A stretch of 44,700 nt of DNA, from assembly GCA_040326155.1 (NCBI GenBank), contig JBEQLE010000027.1:1-44700 (forward strand), read 5' to 3'. Each line of letters opens with the position of its first letter. Position 1 is the first letter of the stretch. Source of the stretch: Leptospirales bacterium (lineage in GTDB: Bacteria > Spirochaetota > Leptospiria > Turneriellales > JAOUFE01). Below the pieces are notes generated by a model. That model made no database searches, was not told the origin of the DNA, and was given only the letters and a program-made list of their open reading frames with translations. Below are positions 1 through 8,076 of the stretch, in pieces. Made by a program: the position numbers and the translations under genes.

Positions 1-377
1 ATCAATACTTCCAAGAAGATACTCTTAATTTCTTCTTCAAATCGATGAATAAAATCAGCAATGTAAGTATAATGCGGCGTAGCGCCGGCAGCAAGGGTCA
101 TAAATGTGACATTTTCAATACACGCTTTTTCAATTTTTCGGGAGCTGAGAATTCCACTTGAATAAGCATACAGTATTACTTTAAGCATAACTTTCGGATG
201 GTAAGCTGTAGCGCCAGTACGATCATTTTGAAAATGAGAATCAAACGCTAGAAGATCGACTTTATGCTCGATCAGGTAGTCGATTGTATGCTCGATGGTT
301 CCTTCGACGAGCTGTTGGCTGAAATCAATCATCTTGAATTCCATCTGACTGCGATCTGAGTTTTTGTATTTCGCCAT
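1..377 (-). CDS. IS1182-family transposase, N-terminal part (runs off the window start)
   Basis: Not in the ORF track. Manual translation from ATG at 377 gives MAKYKNSDRSQMEFKMIDFSQQLVEGTIEHTIDYLIEHKVDLLAFDSHFQNDRTGATAYHPKVMLKVILYAYSSGILSSRKIEKACIENVTFMTLAAGATPHYTYIADF. The G..AY.P..MLK..LYAY..G..SSR.IE motif is typical of the IS1182/DUF772 N-terminus. Confidence 0.9.
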   Translation of the reverse strand, partial: MAKYKNSDRSQMEFKMIDFSQQLVEGTIEHTIDYLIEHKVDLLAFDSHFQNDRTGATAYHPKVMLKVILYAYSSGILSSRKIEKACIENVTFMTLAAGATPHYTYIADFIHRFEEEIKSIFLEVL

Positions 378-428
378 ATGCCATTTTATTCTTTTATATA
401 GGTTTTGCAAGCCTTATTCTACAGCCTC
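1..428 (-). mobile_element. IS1182-family insertion sequence, left end (partial)
   Basis: Transposase start at 377. Putative terminal inverted repeat begins GAGGCTGTAGAATAAGG on the minus strand at 428. The other end is outside the window, so the boundary is inferred. Confidence 0.7.
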
Positions 429-547
429 AACAAATTTTGATCTGCTCAGGCGCGACTGCGTGCGCCTTCGGGTCTCGCATTCACTCGACCATATTTTGGG
501 GCTACTTTCGCTTAACCGCCAAGACTCGCACGAAACTTGAGGTTAGT
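429..547. repeat. attC-like site (partial or degenerate), directly abutting the IS end
   Basis: 429-448 AACAAATTTTGATCTGCTCA is the exact reverse complement of 44282-44301. Similarity to the 44.2-kb site continues through the ACCCGA and CCAAAAT.TGGT segments up to ~500. Confidence 0.6.
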
Positions 548-767
548 TTGGTGCTCCCAGGACAAAAATATAATTATTGACATTTTAGTCGATTTAAATA
601 AGACTACCCTAGAATCTTAGTTGTTCCTTAATTTTTGGAAAGCTATATATTAATCTATTATGCATTTTAATTGGTTGCTGGTGAATTTTGAATTGTCCTA
701 ATAAAAAATAAATACCAATAGATAATCAATTCCGATGTGGGGGTATCCTGATATGAGAATAAATCAC

Positions 768-2147
768 ATGAAGTTTAGCGCAATTATTGTTTGCCTCTTT
801 GCCATTACTGTGCTACTACCTTTTGCGGCATCAGCAGCTGAATATGCAAAGCTTTCGGATTACTTTGCAATAAAAAAAGTCAGCCCATTTTTCGGCAATG
901 ATTATACTGAAGTTTTTGTCAGAGAAAGTAAAACGGATAAGTATAAATCGATTGGAACGATTGAAAAATCACATTGGGATAAACCATCTTCGGGAGAGTC
1001 CCTTAAATCTCTTAAAATGAGTGTAATGGCGATTTCACTTGATGGAAAATCACTTCTCTATAGACAACACGGATCAAAGAAGAAAAAAGGGATCTATTGG
1101 TATCGGGTTGGGAAAGGAGATGAATTTCTTTATCCAGAAGAAGACCTTAGAAAATATTGGGCTCTTTATGAAAAACCTTTGCCAAAAAACGTCATGGTAC
1201 TTAAATCTTCTGCTTGGCCATCAGAAAACGAGTGGATATTAAGTGCAGAAGATGCTTCGCTTCAGCCGTTAGCTCTTCTTGGATCAACATCATTTCACAT
1301 GGCTGCCTATCAGAACAACCTTAAACAAATTCGTTTCGCCATTGACCAGGGAGTAAATATAAACTCAGAGAACTATTGGGGATTTACGCCGCTGGAAATC
1401 GCCGTCAAAAAGGGATTTGATGACATTGCTGTTTTTTTGATTGAGCAAGGGGCAGATTACACCCATAAAACAAGAAAGTATCTTTCAGCAATACAACTTG
1501 CAGTACATCTACAGAGATGGAATGTAATTGAAGCGATTCATAAAAAAGGGGGGAGACTAAACGCTACAGGACTGTTCAAGCCCGCTATTGGGGGGAATTA
1601 CATACAATTAATGCGCGATGATAAATCCAGCTATCGACCAGATGGCTCTCTAAAAATGATAGAGCTAATTTTAAGGGATGGTGCAGACCCAAACGCAGAA
1701 AACTCAAGCGTCATATATAGCCTACTTTCGTTTGAATACGGGAAGGAAATGAAAGATAAATTGGAGATTCTGAAACTGCTGCTCCAATATGGCGCTGATC
1801 CTTTAGCAGTGAATTCGGGACAGAGTACCCCATTACACCTGATGGCATCATTTAGCGTAGAATGGAATGAGGAAACAAAGGCGGTTCTTGATTTATTGAT
1901 TTCAAGCATGAAAACTCTTGAGGTCAAAAACAAATCTGGAGCGACTGCTCTACAAACAAGTATGAGTCGCCTACGTGAGGAAGGTGACTTTAGCAAAGCT
2001 CTGTATCTTATAGAGGCAGGCGCAGACGATTCAGTCGAATATTTATGTGGCGCAATGCTGTGGCCCATGGGAATGAGTATTAGACAAGTTATTGCTAAAT
2101 GGGCAAACAAGTTTCCTGAGCATTATGATTGTTCTGGGCATAAATAA
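768..2147 (+). CDS. Secreted ankyrin-repeat protein
   Basis: Signal peptide MKFSAIIVCLFAITVLLPFAASA, so the likely start is 768 (ORF open from 735). C-terminal half has ankyrin motifs: GFTPLEIAVKKG..DIAVFLIEQGAD, LLLQYGADP...STPLHL, GATAL. Confidence 0.85.
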   Translation: MKFSAIIVCLFAITVLLPFAASAAEYAKLSDYFAIKKVSPFFGNDYTEVFVRESKTDKYKSIGTIEKSHWDKPSSGESLKSLKMSVMAISLDGKSLLYRQHGSKKKKGIYWYRVGKGDEFLYPEEDLRKYWALYEKPLPKNVMVLKSSAWPSENEWILSAEDASLQPLALLGSTSFHMAAYQNNLKQIRFAIDQGVNINSENYWGFTPLEIAVKKGFDDIAVFLIEQGADYTHKTRKYLSAIQLAVHLQRWNVIEAIHKKGGRLNATGLFKPAIGGNYIQLMRDDKSSYRPDGSLKMIELILRDGADPNAENSSVIYSLLSFEYGKEMKDKLEILKLLLQYGADPLAVNSGQSTPLHLMASFSVEWNEETKAVLDLLISSMKTLEVKNKSGATALQTSMSRLREEGDFSKALYLIEAGADDSVEYLCGAMLWPMGMSIRQVIAKWANKFPEHYDCSGHK

Positions 2148-2159
2148 TCCTGGCCGCAT

Positions 2160-2205
2160 GAATAACGTCGCAAATGCACTCGGGCTGTAAAAAGCGCTGC
2201 TCGTT
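2160..2205 (+). repeat. Truncated attC-like half-site after the ankyrin gene
   Basis: GAATAACGTCGCAAATGCACTCGGGCTGTAAAAAGCGCTGCTCGTT lies 12 nt after the stop codon and starts with a TAAC R''-like box. It resembles the 5' arm of attC sites, but the complementary 3' arm is missing. Confidence 0.4.
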
Positions 2206-2279
2206 ATCGGAAATAAACGCAGAGATTCGCCAAGCCCGCACCCGCCAGAGCTAGCAATAATAAAATCTTTCAATTTGGA

Positions 2280-2307
2280 TTGACATGTTAGCCATATTAT
2301 GTAGATT
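2280..2307 (+). promoter_or_regulatory. Putative sigma70 promoter of the SDR gene
   Basis: TTGACA-N16-TAGATT. AAGGA RBS precedes ATG 2362. Confidence 0.4.
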
Positions 2308-2361
2308 CCCGTATAATATTTTGCTCAGTCTAATAAACTTTAAAAAAAGGAAATTCATACC

Positions 2362-3336
2362 ATGACAAAAGAAATCAAAACACTTCATTTAGATAACGTT
2401 CTTCAAAATCACACACAAGACATGACGAATAAGGTAGTTGTAATTACCGGAACTACGAGTGGAACGGGTTATGTATGTGCAAGGGAGATGGCTAAATTAG
2501 GTGGTTCCGTTGTATTATTAAATCGTGAAAGTGAACGTTCTGTATCATCTTTCAAGAATTTGAAGGCAGAAGTTTCCGATGGGAAATTTGACTCTATTAC
2601 GTGTGACCTGCAAGACTTTGACAGTGTTCGTAAGGCAATAGACGAGATTAAATCAAAATATGAGAAAGTAGATGTGTTGTGTAATAATGCAGCTGTTATG
2701 GCATTAAAAGATCAAGCCACCAAAGACGGCTACGACATTCAAATGCAAACGAACTGTATCTCGGAATTCTTATTAACAAAGGAACTATTTCCTTTATTGA
2801 GGAAAAGTAAGGAGGCTCGCGTCATCAATCATTCTTCCAATGCAAGGTTAGGCAACCCGCTAGACATTAAGTATTTCGGAAAAAATGGTGGTAATTTGGG
2901 AGGGGATGGTAATGAGGAAGAAAATTCAAATTTTTCCGGACCACGATGGCAACGTTACCACCAGTCCAAATTAGCGAATTGTGCCTTCACCTATGGTTTA
3001 AAACAGAAGCTTGAACAACATAATATTAATAATGTAATATCTCTGCTGGCTCATCCGGGGCTTGCCTTGACTAATTTACGTTTTCAAACAATAGAAACAG
3101 GCGGCATGGAGACAAATAGTCCTATTATGGGAAATGCACAAACTGCGGAAGATGGGGCTTTAGGCATTATACGTGCTTGTTCCGATAAAGAAGCAAAATC
3201 AGGTAATTTCTACGGTCCTAAAGAATGGACAGGCTTTGCAGAAGTTTTGCCTCCTGAAGATCTCTTGCTTGATCCTGAAAACATTAGAATCAACTGGGAA
3301 GGATGTGAGACTGCCGTGGGTGAATTCATTTTCTAA
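2362..3336 (+). CDS. Short-chain dehydrogenase/reductase (retinol-DH/WWOX-like subfamily)
   Basis: TGTTSGTG Rossmann motif, NNAAVM, catalytic YHQSK (YxxxK), AHPG. Confidence 0.9.
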   Translation: MTKEIKTLHLDNVLQNHTQDMTNKVVVITGTTSGTGYVCAREMAKLGGSVVLLNRESERSVSSFKNLKAEVSDGKFDSITCDLQDFDSVRKAIDEIKSKYEKVDVLCNNAAVMALKDQATKDGYDIQMQTNCISEFLLTKELFPLLRKSKEARVINHSSNARLGNPLDIKYFGKNGGNLGGDGNEEENSNFSGPRWQRYHQSKLANCAFTYGLKQKLEQHNINNVISLLAHPGLALTNLRFQTIETGGMETNSPIMGNAQTAEDGALGIIRACSDKEAKSGNFYGPKEWTGFAEVLPPEDLLLDPENIRINWEGCETAVGEFIF

Positions 3337-3431
3337 ACGATATCTACCGCCAAGTTCAAAAGATCTCAAAAGCCGCCAGCGAGCCGACGACTTGTATTCA
3401 TAGAGCTGTTTTTCGGTTTACCGTCACCCGG

Positions 3432-3839
3432 TTAGTTTTTTAGACACATACCAGATCTGTCATCATATTTAAACCCATCCGGGCAACCACAGCTGGCAAG
3501 AACACCGCACTCGTTAATTACCTGTGCACAAGCCCCTGTTGGTTTCACAGCACATTTACCTACCGGAACTTTTTTACCCGGCGCCCCATTGGCAATATTG
3601 TTTAATAGACATTTACCAATATCGCTGTTATAGCCATAACCCTTCGGACATTCACAAGAGGAGGCAAATCCACACTCGTTAATATCTTCCGTACAAACAC
3701 CACCAGGGCTTATGGTTGTTACGCAGGCAAGACCATCGCTTTCTTTTACGGTTGTTTCGCCGCCATCTTTACCACATCCGGTTAACATCAATAATACCAA
3801 GACCGGCATTATAGCAATATAACTTATCTTTTTAATCAT
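3432..3839 (-). CDS. Small Cys-rich lipoprotein with two EGF-like repeats
   Basis: Lipobox LTG-C. Repeats CTEDINECGFASSCECPKGYGYNSDIGKC and CAQVINECGVLASCGCPDGFKYDDRSGMC. GGAG RBS favours ATG 3839 (ORF open from 3851). Confidence 0.8.
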   Translation of the reverse strand: MIKKISYIAIMPVLVLLMLTGCGKDGGETTVKESDGLACVTTISPGGVCTEDINECGFASSCECPKGYGYNSDIGKCLLNNIANGAPGKKVPVGKCAVKPTGACAQVINECGVLASCGCPDGFKYDDRSGMCLKN

Positions 3840-3984
3840 TGTTTTCTCCAATTTTCATTTTATACCAACCTGTCGAAGCATCGGCCAATCAAATAGACTA
3901 AATGTGTACATTCAAGACTTTGTCAAGTATGAATTTAATTTCAGAATCTTCGCAGTTTGTATTGACGGGTATGGATGCTGTTTT

Positions 3985-4017
3985 GTAACTATACCACATC
4001 CGAAAAAAGAGTTGCCC
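3985..4017 (+). pseudogene. Possible tiny HicA-toxin gene remnant
   Basis: Plus-strand frame reads VTIPHPKKELP, matching the HicA VTVPHPKKDLP motif. No intact ORF surrounds it. Confidence 0.25.
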
Positions 4018-4093
4018 GGCGATTTTTCTGCTTGAACGACAATGTCAAAGGCAGCCGCTATTAGACATTGGGCTGACCGTTTCGAAGGTAAAG

Positions 4094-5278
4094 ATGAAAA
4101 AGAGATTAAAACAAAGCTACCCAAAGAGACTGAATAATAAATTTTCTTTATTCATGGATGGGAAAAATTTTTTCCCTGAAATTCTGGATAAAATAAAAAA
4201 TGCTGAATGGTATATTGCAATCGAAATGTACCTCGTAGAGCCTGGCGAAATGCATGATATAATAATAGCGGCTTTGTTACAAAAGGCGAATGAGAATGTC
4301 TATATATTTCTAATTTTCGATTTTATGGGTTCTCGAAAAGTATTCCAAACAGATACATTGAAATTAAATCACCAATATGTCCGTATAAAGTTTTATAATA
4401 GGTTCAGAATCTCTAAATTCAAAAGAAATATTTTCAGAGATCATAGAAAAATTATTATTATAGACAGTAATGTCGCCTATACCGGTGGCACGGGAATTAC
4501 AGATAACTTTTACTCTACCTCAAAGTCAGCTCAACTCTGGCATGAAGCCATTATTAAAATTGAAGGTGAATGCGTAAAAGACTGGATAGACCTGTTCTTC
4601 AAGGGTTTTTCTAAAAAGCATAAAAAAAGTTTCATTATACAATCTATATTTAAAAGTAAAATGCAAAATAACTCCGGTCAAAGATTGAATATGCTTCAAG
4701 CCGGGCGTTTAATATACTCTAAAAGATTTAACTTTAAAGACATATTGAGTTCCACGATCAAACAAATAAACATCGCAAAAAAAGAAGTCTTTATTGTCAC
4801 CGCTTACTTTATTCCTACGTGGCGCCTCCGTCATGCTCTAAAAAGAGCTGTCGATAGGGGAGTCATTGTAACAATTTTATTACCAGGTAAAACCACCGAT
4901 CTTCCACCGGTTCGTCAAATGGGCAGGCACTATTATGCTTCATTATTATCGCATGGTATCCGCATATTTGAATACCAACCGAAATTTAATCATTCCAAAA
5001 TTTATGTATGTGACGAGTGGGTGTCCATCGGCTCTTCTAATCTGGACCGATGGAGTTTACATAGAAACCTGGAAGCAAACCAGGAGGTTTTTGATAAAAA
5101 CTTTGCGCGAAGTGTGGTTACAATTATTCGCAAAGATATAAAACAAAGTAAAGAGATTAAACTTTCAAGTTGGAAAAACCGGCCTCTGTTCAATCGTATT
5201 CACGAAAAATTCTGGATAAGTATCGTGACTATAGTAGAATCTATTTTCTCAAACATAAAAAAACGCATTAAGAAATAG
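4094..5278 (+). CDS. clsB: Cardiolipin synthase ClsB-like phospholipase D
   Basis: Two HKD motifs (HRKIIIID, HSKIYVCD), TAYFIP and IGSSNLDRWS. No N-terminal TM hairpin, as in ClsB. Confidence 0.85.
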   Translation: MKKRLKQSYPKRLNNKFSLFMDGKNFFPEILDKIKNAEWYIAIEMYLVEPGEMHDIIIAALLQKANENVYIFLIFDFMGSRKVFQTDTLKLNHQYVRIKFYNRFRISKFKRNIFRDHRKIIIIDSNVAYTGGTGITDNFYSTSKSAQLWHEAIIKIEGECVKDWIDLFFKGFSKKHKKSFIIQSIFKSKMQNNSGQRLNMLQAGRLIYSKRFNFKDILSSTIKQINIAKKEVFIVTAYFIPTWRLRHALKRAVDRGVIVTILLPGKTTDLPPVRQMGRHYYASLLSHGIRIFEYQPKFNHSKIYVCDEWVSIGSSNLDRWSLHRNLEANQEVFDKNFARSVVTIIRKDIKQSKEIKLSSWKNRPLFNRIHEKFWISIVTIVESIFSNIKKRIKK

Positions 5279-5355
5279 GTTGTAAACGGGGATAGATTTC
5301 GTATAACCGTGCTAAATCATTTTTAAAGGAACTTTACAGTCTTCCCCCTCGCCTC

Positions 5356-5410
5356 AACCGCTTCGCGGTTTCTGCTACCCCGCAGGTTTTATTTTGCTTT
5401 CGCAAAATAA
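5356..5410. terminator. Two hairpins downstream of clsB (terminator or REP-like)
   Basis: AACCGC-TTC-GCGGTT at 5356-5370 and TTATTTTGC-TTTC-GCAAAATAA at 5389-5410. Confidence 0.4.
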
Positions 5411-5439
5411 TATTTATCCAAATTTGACGTATTGATCCC

Positions 5440-5480
5440 CCCGCCACGACGCCCCCAAAAACATATATTGGGTGACGTAG
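5440..5480 (+). repeat. Partial copy (core hairpin) of the dispersed structured repeat
   Basis: CCCGCCACGACGCCCCCAAAAACATATATTGGGTGACGTAG aligns with 5943-5982 CCCGACCACGACCCCAAAAATATCGTATTGGGTGATGGAG. Confidence 0.65.
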
Positions 5481-5525
5481 AAATTTATTGTTGACCACCT
5501 GCTAATTTGATATTATGGTAAATAC

Positions 5526-5915
5526 ATGAACTTAGAGCCAATGACGGTAGCCGTATCTAACCCGGCAGATAAGGAACAGCGCTGGGAAGGTCTTTTCCTG
5601 GTGGATACGGGCGCGATTGACTCGCTGGTTCCTCGTCATGCGCTGAAAAGTATTGGCATTGAGCCGGAAACCAAACGAAGTTATGAACTTGCCGACGGCA
5701 GTGAAATTAAAATGGATGTTGCCATTGCGCGTTTTGAGTTTATGGGGGAGATTGTCGGTGGTACCGTCATTTTTGGTGCCGATGACGCAGAGCCCATACT
5801 AGGCGTTACCGCTCTTGAATCTGTCGGCATTGAAGTCGATCCGCAAAATCAGCGACTTAAGCGTCTGCCTGCGACGCGTCTAAAAAAGATTTTACCGATA
5901 CGAAATTCTGAGTAG
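5526..5915 (+). CDS. Clan AA (retropepsin-like) aspartic protease, AF_0612 family
   Basis: LVDTGA catalytic motif, YELADGS flap, ILGVTALE..G..VDP. Putative promoter TTGACC(5491)-N17-TATGGT ends 6 nt before the ATG. Confidence 0.9.
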   Translation: MNLEPMTVAVSNPADKEQRWEGLFLVDTGAIDSLVPRHALKSIGIEPETKRSYELADGSEIKMDVAIARFEFMGEIVGGTVIFGADDAEPILGVTALESVGIEVDPQNQRLKRLPATRLKKILPIRNSE

Positions 5916-5930
5916 TTACCAACCATAATC

Positions 5931-6080
5931 TTTTGGGGAAAACCCGACCACGACCCCAAAAATATCGTATTGGGTGATGGAGGCCGCAAGGCGGCCGGAG
6001 TCAGGGAAAAGGCGAAAAACGCGTGGTCGGAAAAACACACTTTTCCTTTTAGTTCACAAAAAAATCCTGCGGTTTTTTTT
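5931..6080 (+). repeat. Dispersed structured non-coding element, full copy 1 (candidate ncRNA or MITE)
   Basis: Co-linear similarity to 41594-41793 with several stems. See findings. Confidence 0.7.
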
Positions 6081-6102
6081 GCATGGCTCCGTTCACTTTC
6101 CC

Positions 6103-7362
6103 TTACGGCAAAATAGTAGTATTAAACTGCAATGTTTTTGTACTATACACGGAACCGGCAATGGGTACGGCGGGATTATCACCATTTACCGCTTCAGATT
6201 CATATACATCTAGATAATACGAAGTTCCAGATACTAAAGTAACAAAATCTGGACCTGCTGTTAAATCCCAATACAATCGCATTAAAACCGATTGATCGAC
6301 GGACCAGTTCGTTGAGTCGAAAGTTAAATAGGTATTACCACCGGCAGTATTTTTCACCTCAGAACATGGTACTATACCCTCCATTGTAAAACCAAAACCA
6401 ACGGTTACCGGATTAACAACAGGGCATGAAAGACGAACCGATACGGTGGTAAATGTATCAGCATGAATATTGGTATTGAAGTTTAAATCCATGTCTAGCC
6501 CACTTGCAGGAACGGTAACTACAATTTCACTTTGCAGACCGTAATTCTGGTTGGTTACAGAAACAAAAGCAAATTTACGAGCAACGCCGCCGGTAGGGTT
6601 GGTATCATGATAACGATTAAAATCGGTATTTATAGAGGTCACATCGCGGGAACGAATTTTAACGGTTTTATCAGCATCAAGGTTGCAATCAGAAAGACCG
6701 GTTATGGTAACAATCTGGGGCTGGTCAAAATCGGTCGTGGTAAACAGCAAACTCGTTTTATCAATCGATACTTCAGCTGTATTGCTTACCTCAATAGGAA
6801 CCACAACATCGTTGCCTACTCCAGGGTCGCAAGAAAGATACACCTTAAAAAAATCGTTCGTGCCAATTTCACTGGTGGTCAGCTCATGCGTCGCGAGAAA
6901 AACAACATTCGGTAAATTATCAGAACTGTCGTCGATGGTTACCGGAATTTCCAGTGACTCATTTTGGTAGCGAGTATCATTTGTAGTGATGTTTGCAATT
7001 TCAAGAGATGTCGACTGGGTTCCATCTGATATACAATCATTGTAGGTTACAACGGTTAGAGTTTGAGGAGAGTTGTAATTTGACGAGGTGAACACTAAAG
7101 TTGTCGGTTCAACTGTTACCTCGCTTACATCGTTCGAGACCATGTCAAATACAACGTCATCGGTTGGCTTCGTAAGAAGATAAACAGTCATTGTAGTGGA
7201 CTCATTTTCCGTCATCTCTAAAGAAGTCGCACTGAAACGAAACGGACTGTCACCGCGAAAAATAGCTCCGGTTTCAAACTGATTTGTACAAGAAACAAAA
7301 CCGGAAATAAAGACCGGAAGTGTAAATAAAAAAGCCAGTAGAGTTAATTTTCGAGTTTTCAT
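6103..7362 (-). CDS. Surface lipoprotein with Calx-beta/Ig-like repeats
   Basis: Spirochaetal-type lipobox FVS-C. Repeated L.FT..N/D...PQ...V units and V.L...P...V strands, Thr/Val-rich. Confidence 0.75.
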   Translation of the reverse strand: MKTRKLTLLAFLFTLPVFISGFVSCTNQFETGAIFRGDSPFRFSATSLEMTENESTTMTVYLLTKPTDDVVFDMVSNDVSEVTVEPTTLVFTSSNYNSPQTLTVVTYNDCISDGTQSTSLEIANITTNDTRYQNESLEIPVTIDDSSDNLPNVVFLATHELTTSEIGTNDFFKVYLSCDPGVGNDVVVPIEVSNTAEVSIDKTSLLFTTTDFDQPQIVTITGLSDCNLDADKTVKIRSRDVTSINTDFNRYHDTNPTGGVARKFAFVSVTNQNYGLQSEIVVTVPASGLDMDLNFNTNIHADTFTTVSVRLSCPVVNPVTVGFGFTMEGIVPCSEVKNTAGGNTYLTFDSTNWSVDQSVLMRLYWDLTAGPDFVTLVSGTSYYLDVYESEAVNGDNPAVPIAGSVYSTKTLQFNTTILP

Positions 7363-7581
7363 AATGATATAATTTACATTTTCGTAGCGACAAATCTAAT
7401 ATTAGTGAGTATCCTGTACTTGCCATACTTTGTCAATACTTATATGTTCACCTTATTTCGAAAACCGCAAAACCCATTAACAATCGCTTTTACCAAAATT
7501 TAAATTTTTCTGCAAAGATCCATAGAAATTCTCTCCCTATATGCCGATGAATATAGTATATTAGTTACGGACTAATTTATC

Positions 7582-8058
7582 ATGGAATTATTTGAATTTA
7601 TACCTGTTTTATTTTTACTATTGCTGGGCGCTGGTTTATTAGTTTATCTGGGTACCCAAAAAAGTCACCCGAAAAAACCTCAAGTTAAAACCGTCAAACC
7701 CGAAGAACCCCAGATGAAAAAAATACAAACTCAAAACCTGAAAGAAGTATTAAATTCAGACTTTGGGGTTTTTGAAAGTTTCGATTACCATGGAACCAAA
7801 ATATTAAATACCGATGGGGTTTATACGGTCATCGACGGACATAAACCTGAAGTATATAGCTCCCTTCAAACGTTACCCTCCCGATATCGAAAAATGATGA
7901 TCGAAATTGATGACTGCAAAACTCAACCCGTTAAAGGTAAATACTATCTCGAAAATCTCAATGGAAAATACTTCGTTCGATTTCCCGATGGCCGGAAAAA
8001 AAAATACAAAACATATGCCGACATCCCCGATCGCATAAAAAAAGTAATGGTCGGTTAA
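7582..8058 (+). CDS. Membrane-anchored hypothetical protein with an internal duplication
   Basis: N-terminal TM helix. Two repeats: GVYTVIDGHKPEVYSSLQTLPSRYRKMM and GKYFVRFPDGRKKKYKTYADIPDRIKKVM. Confidence 0.7.
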   Translation: MELFEFIPVLFLLLLGAGLLVYLGTQKSHPKKPQVKTVKPEEPQMKKIQTQNLKEVLNSDFGVFESFDYHGTKILNTDGVYTVIDGHKPEVYSSLQTLPSRYRKMMIEIDDCKTQPVKGKYYLENLNGKYFVRFPDGRKKKYKTYADIPDRIKKVMVG

Positions 8059-8076
8059 AAACCAGGCCGGGTTTGA

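Noticed and set aside
3423..3430. CGTCACCC/GGGTGACG octamer shared by 3422, 5470 and 44330
   Set aside because: Too short to separate from chance without genome-wide counts.
5931..6080. Known ribozyme (hammerhead, twister, pistol) or c-di-GMP riboswitch
   Set aside because: I could not find their conserved cores, such as CUGAnGA/GAAA or the GEMM consensus, on either strand by eye. An Rfam scan is still needed.
5849..6213. ORFs 5849-6040 (-) and 5974-6213 (+) as genes
   Set aside because: They overlap real genes and the structured repeat and have no protein-like motifs.
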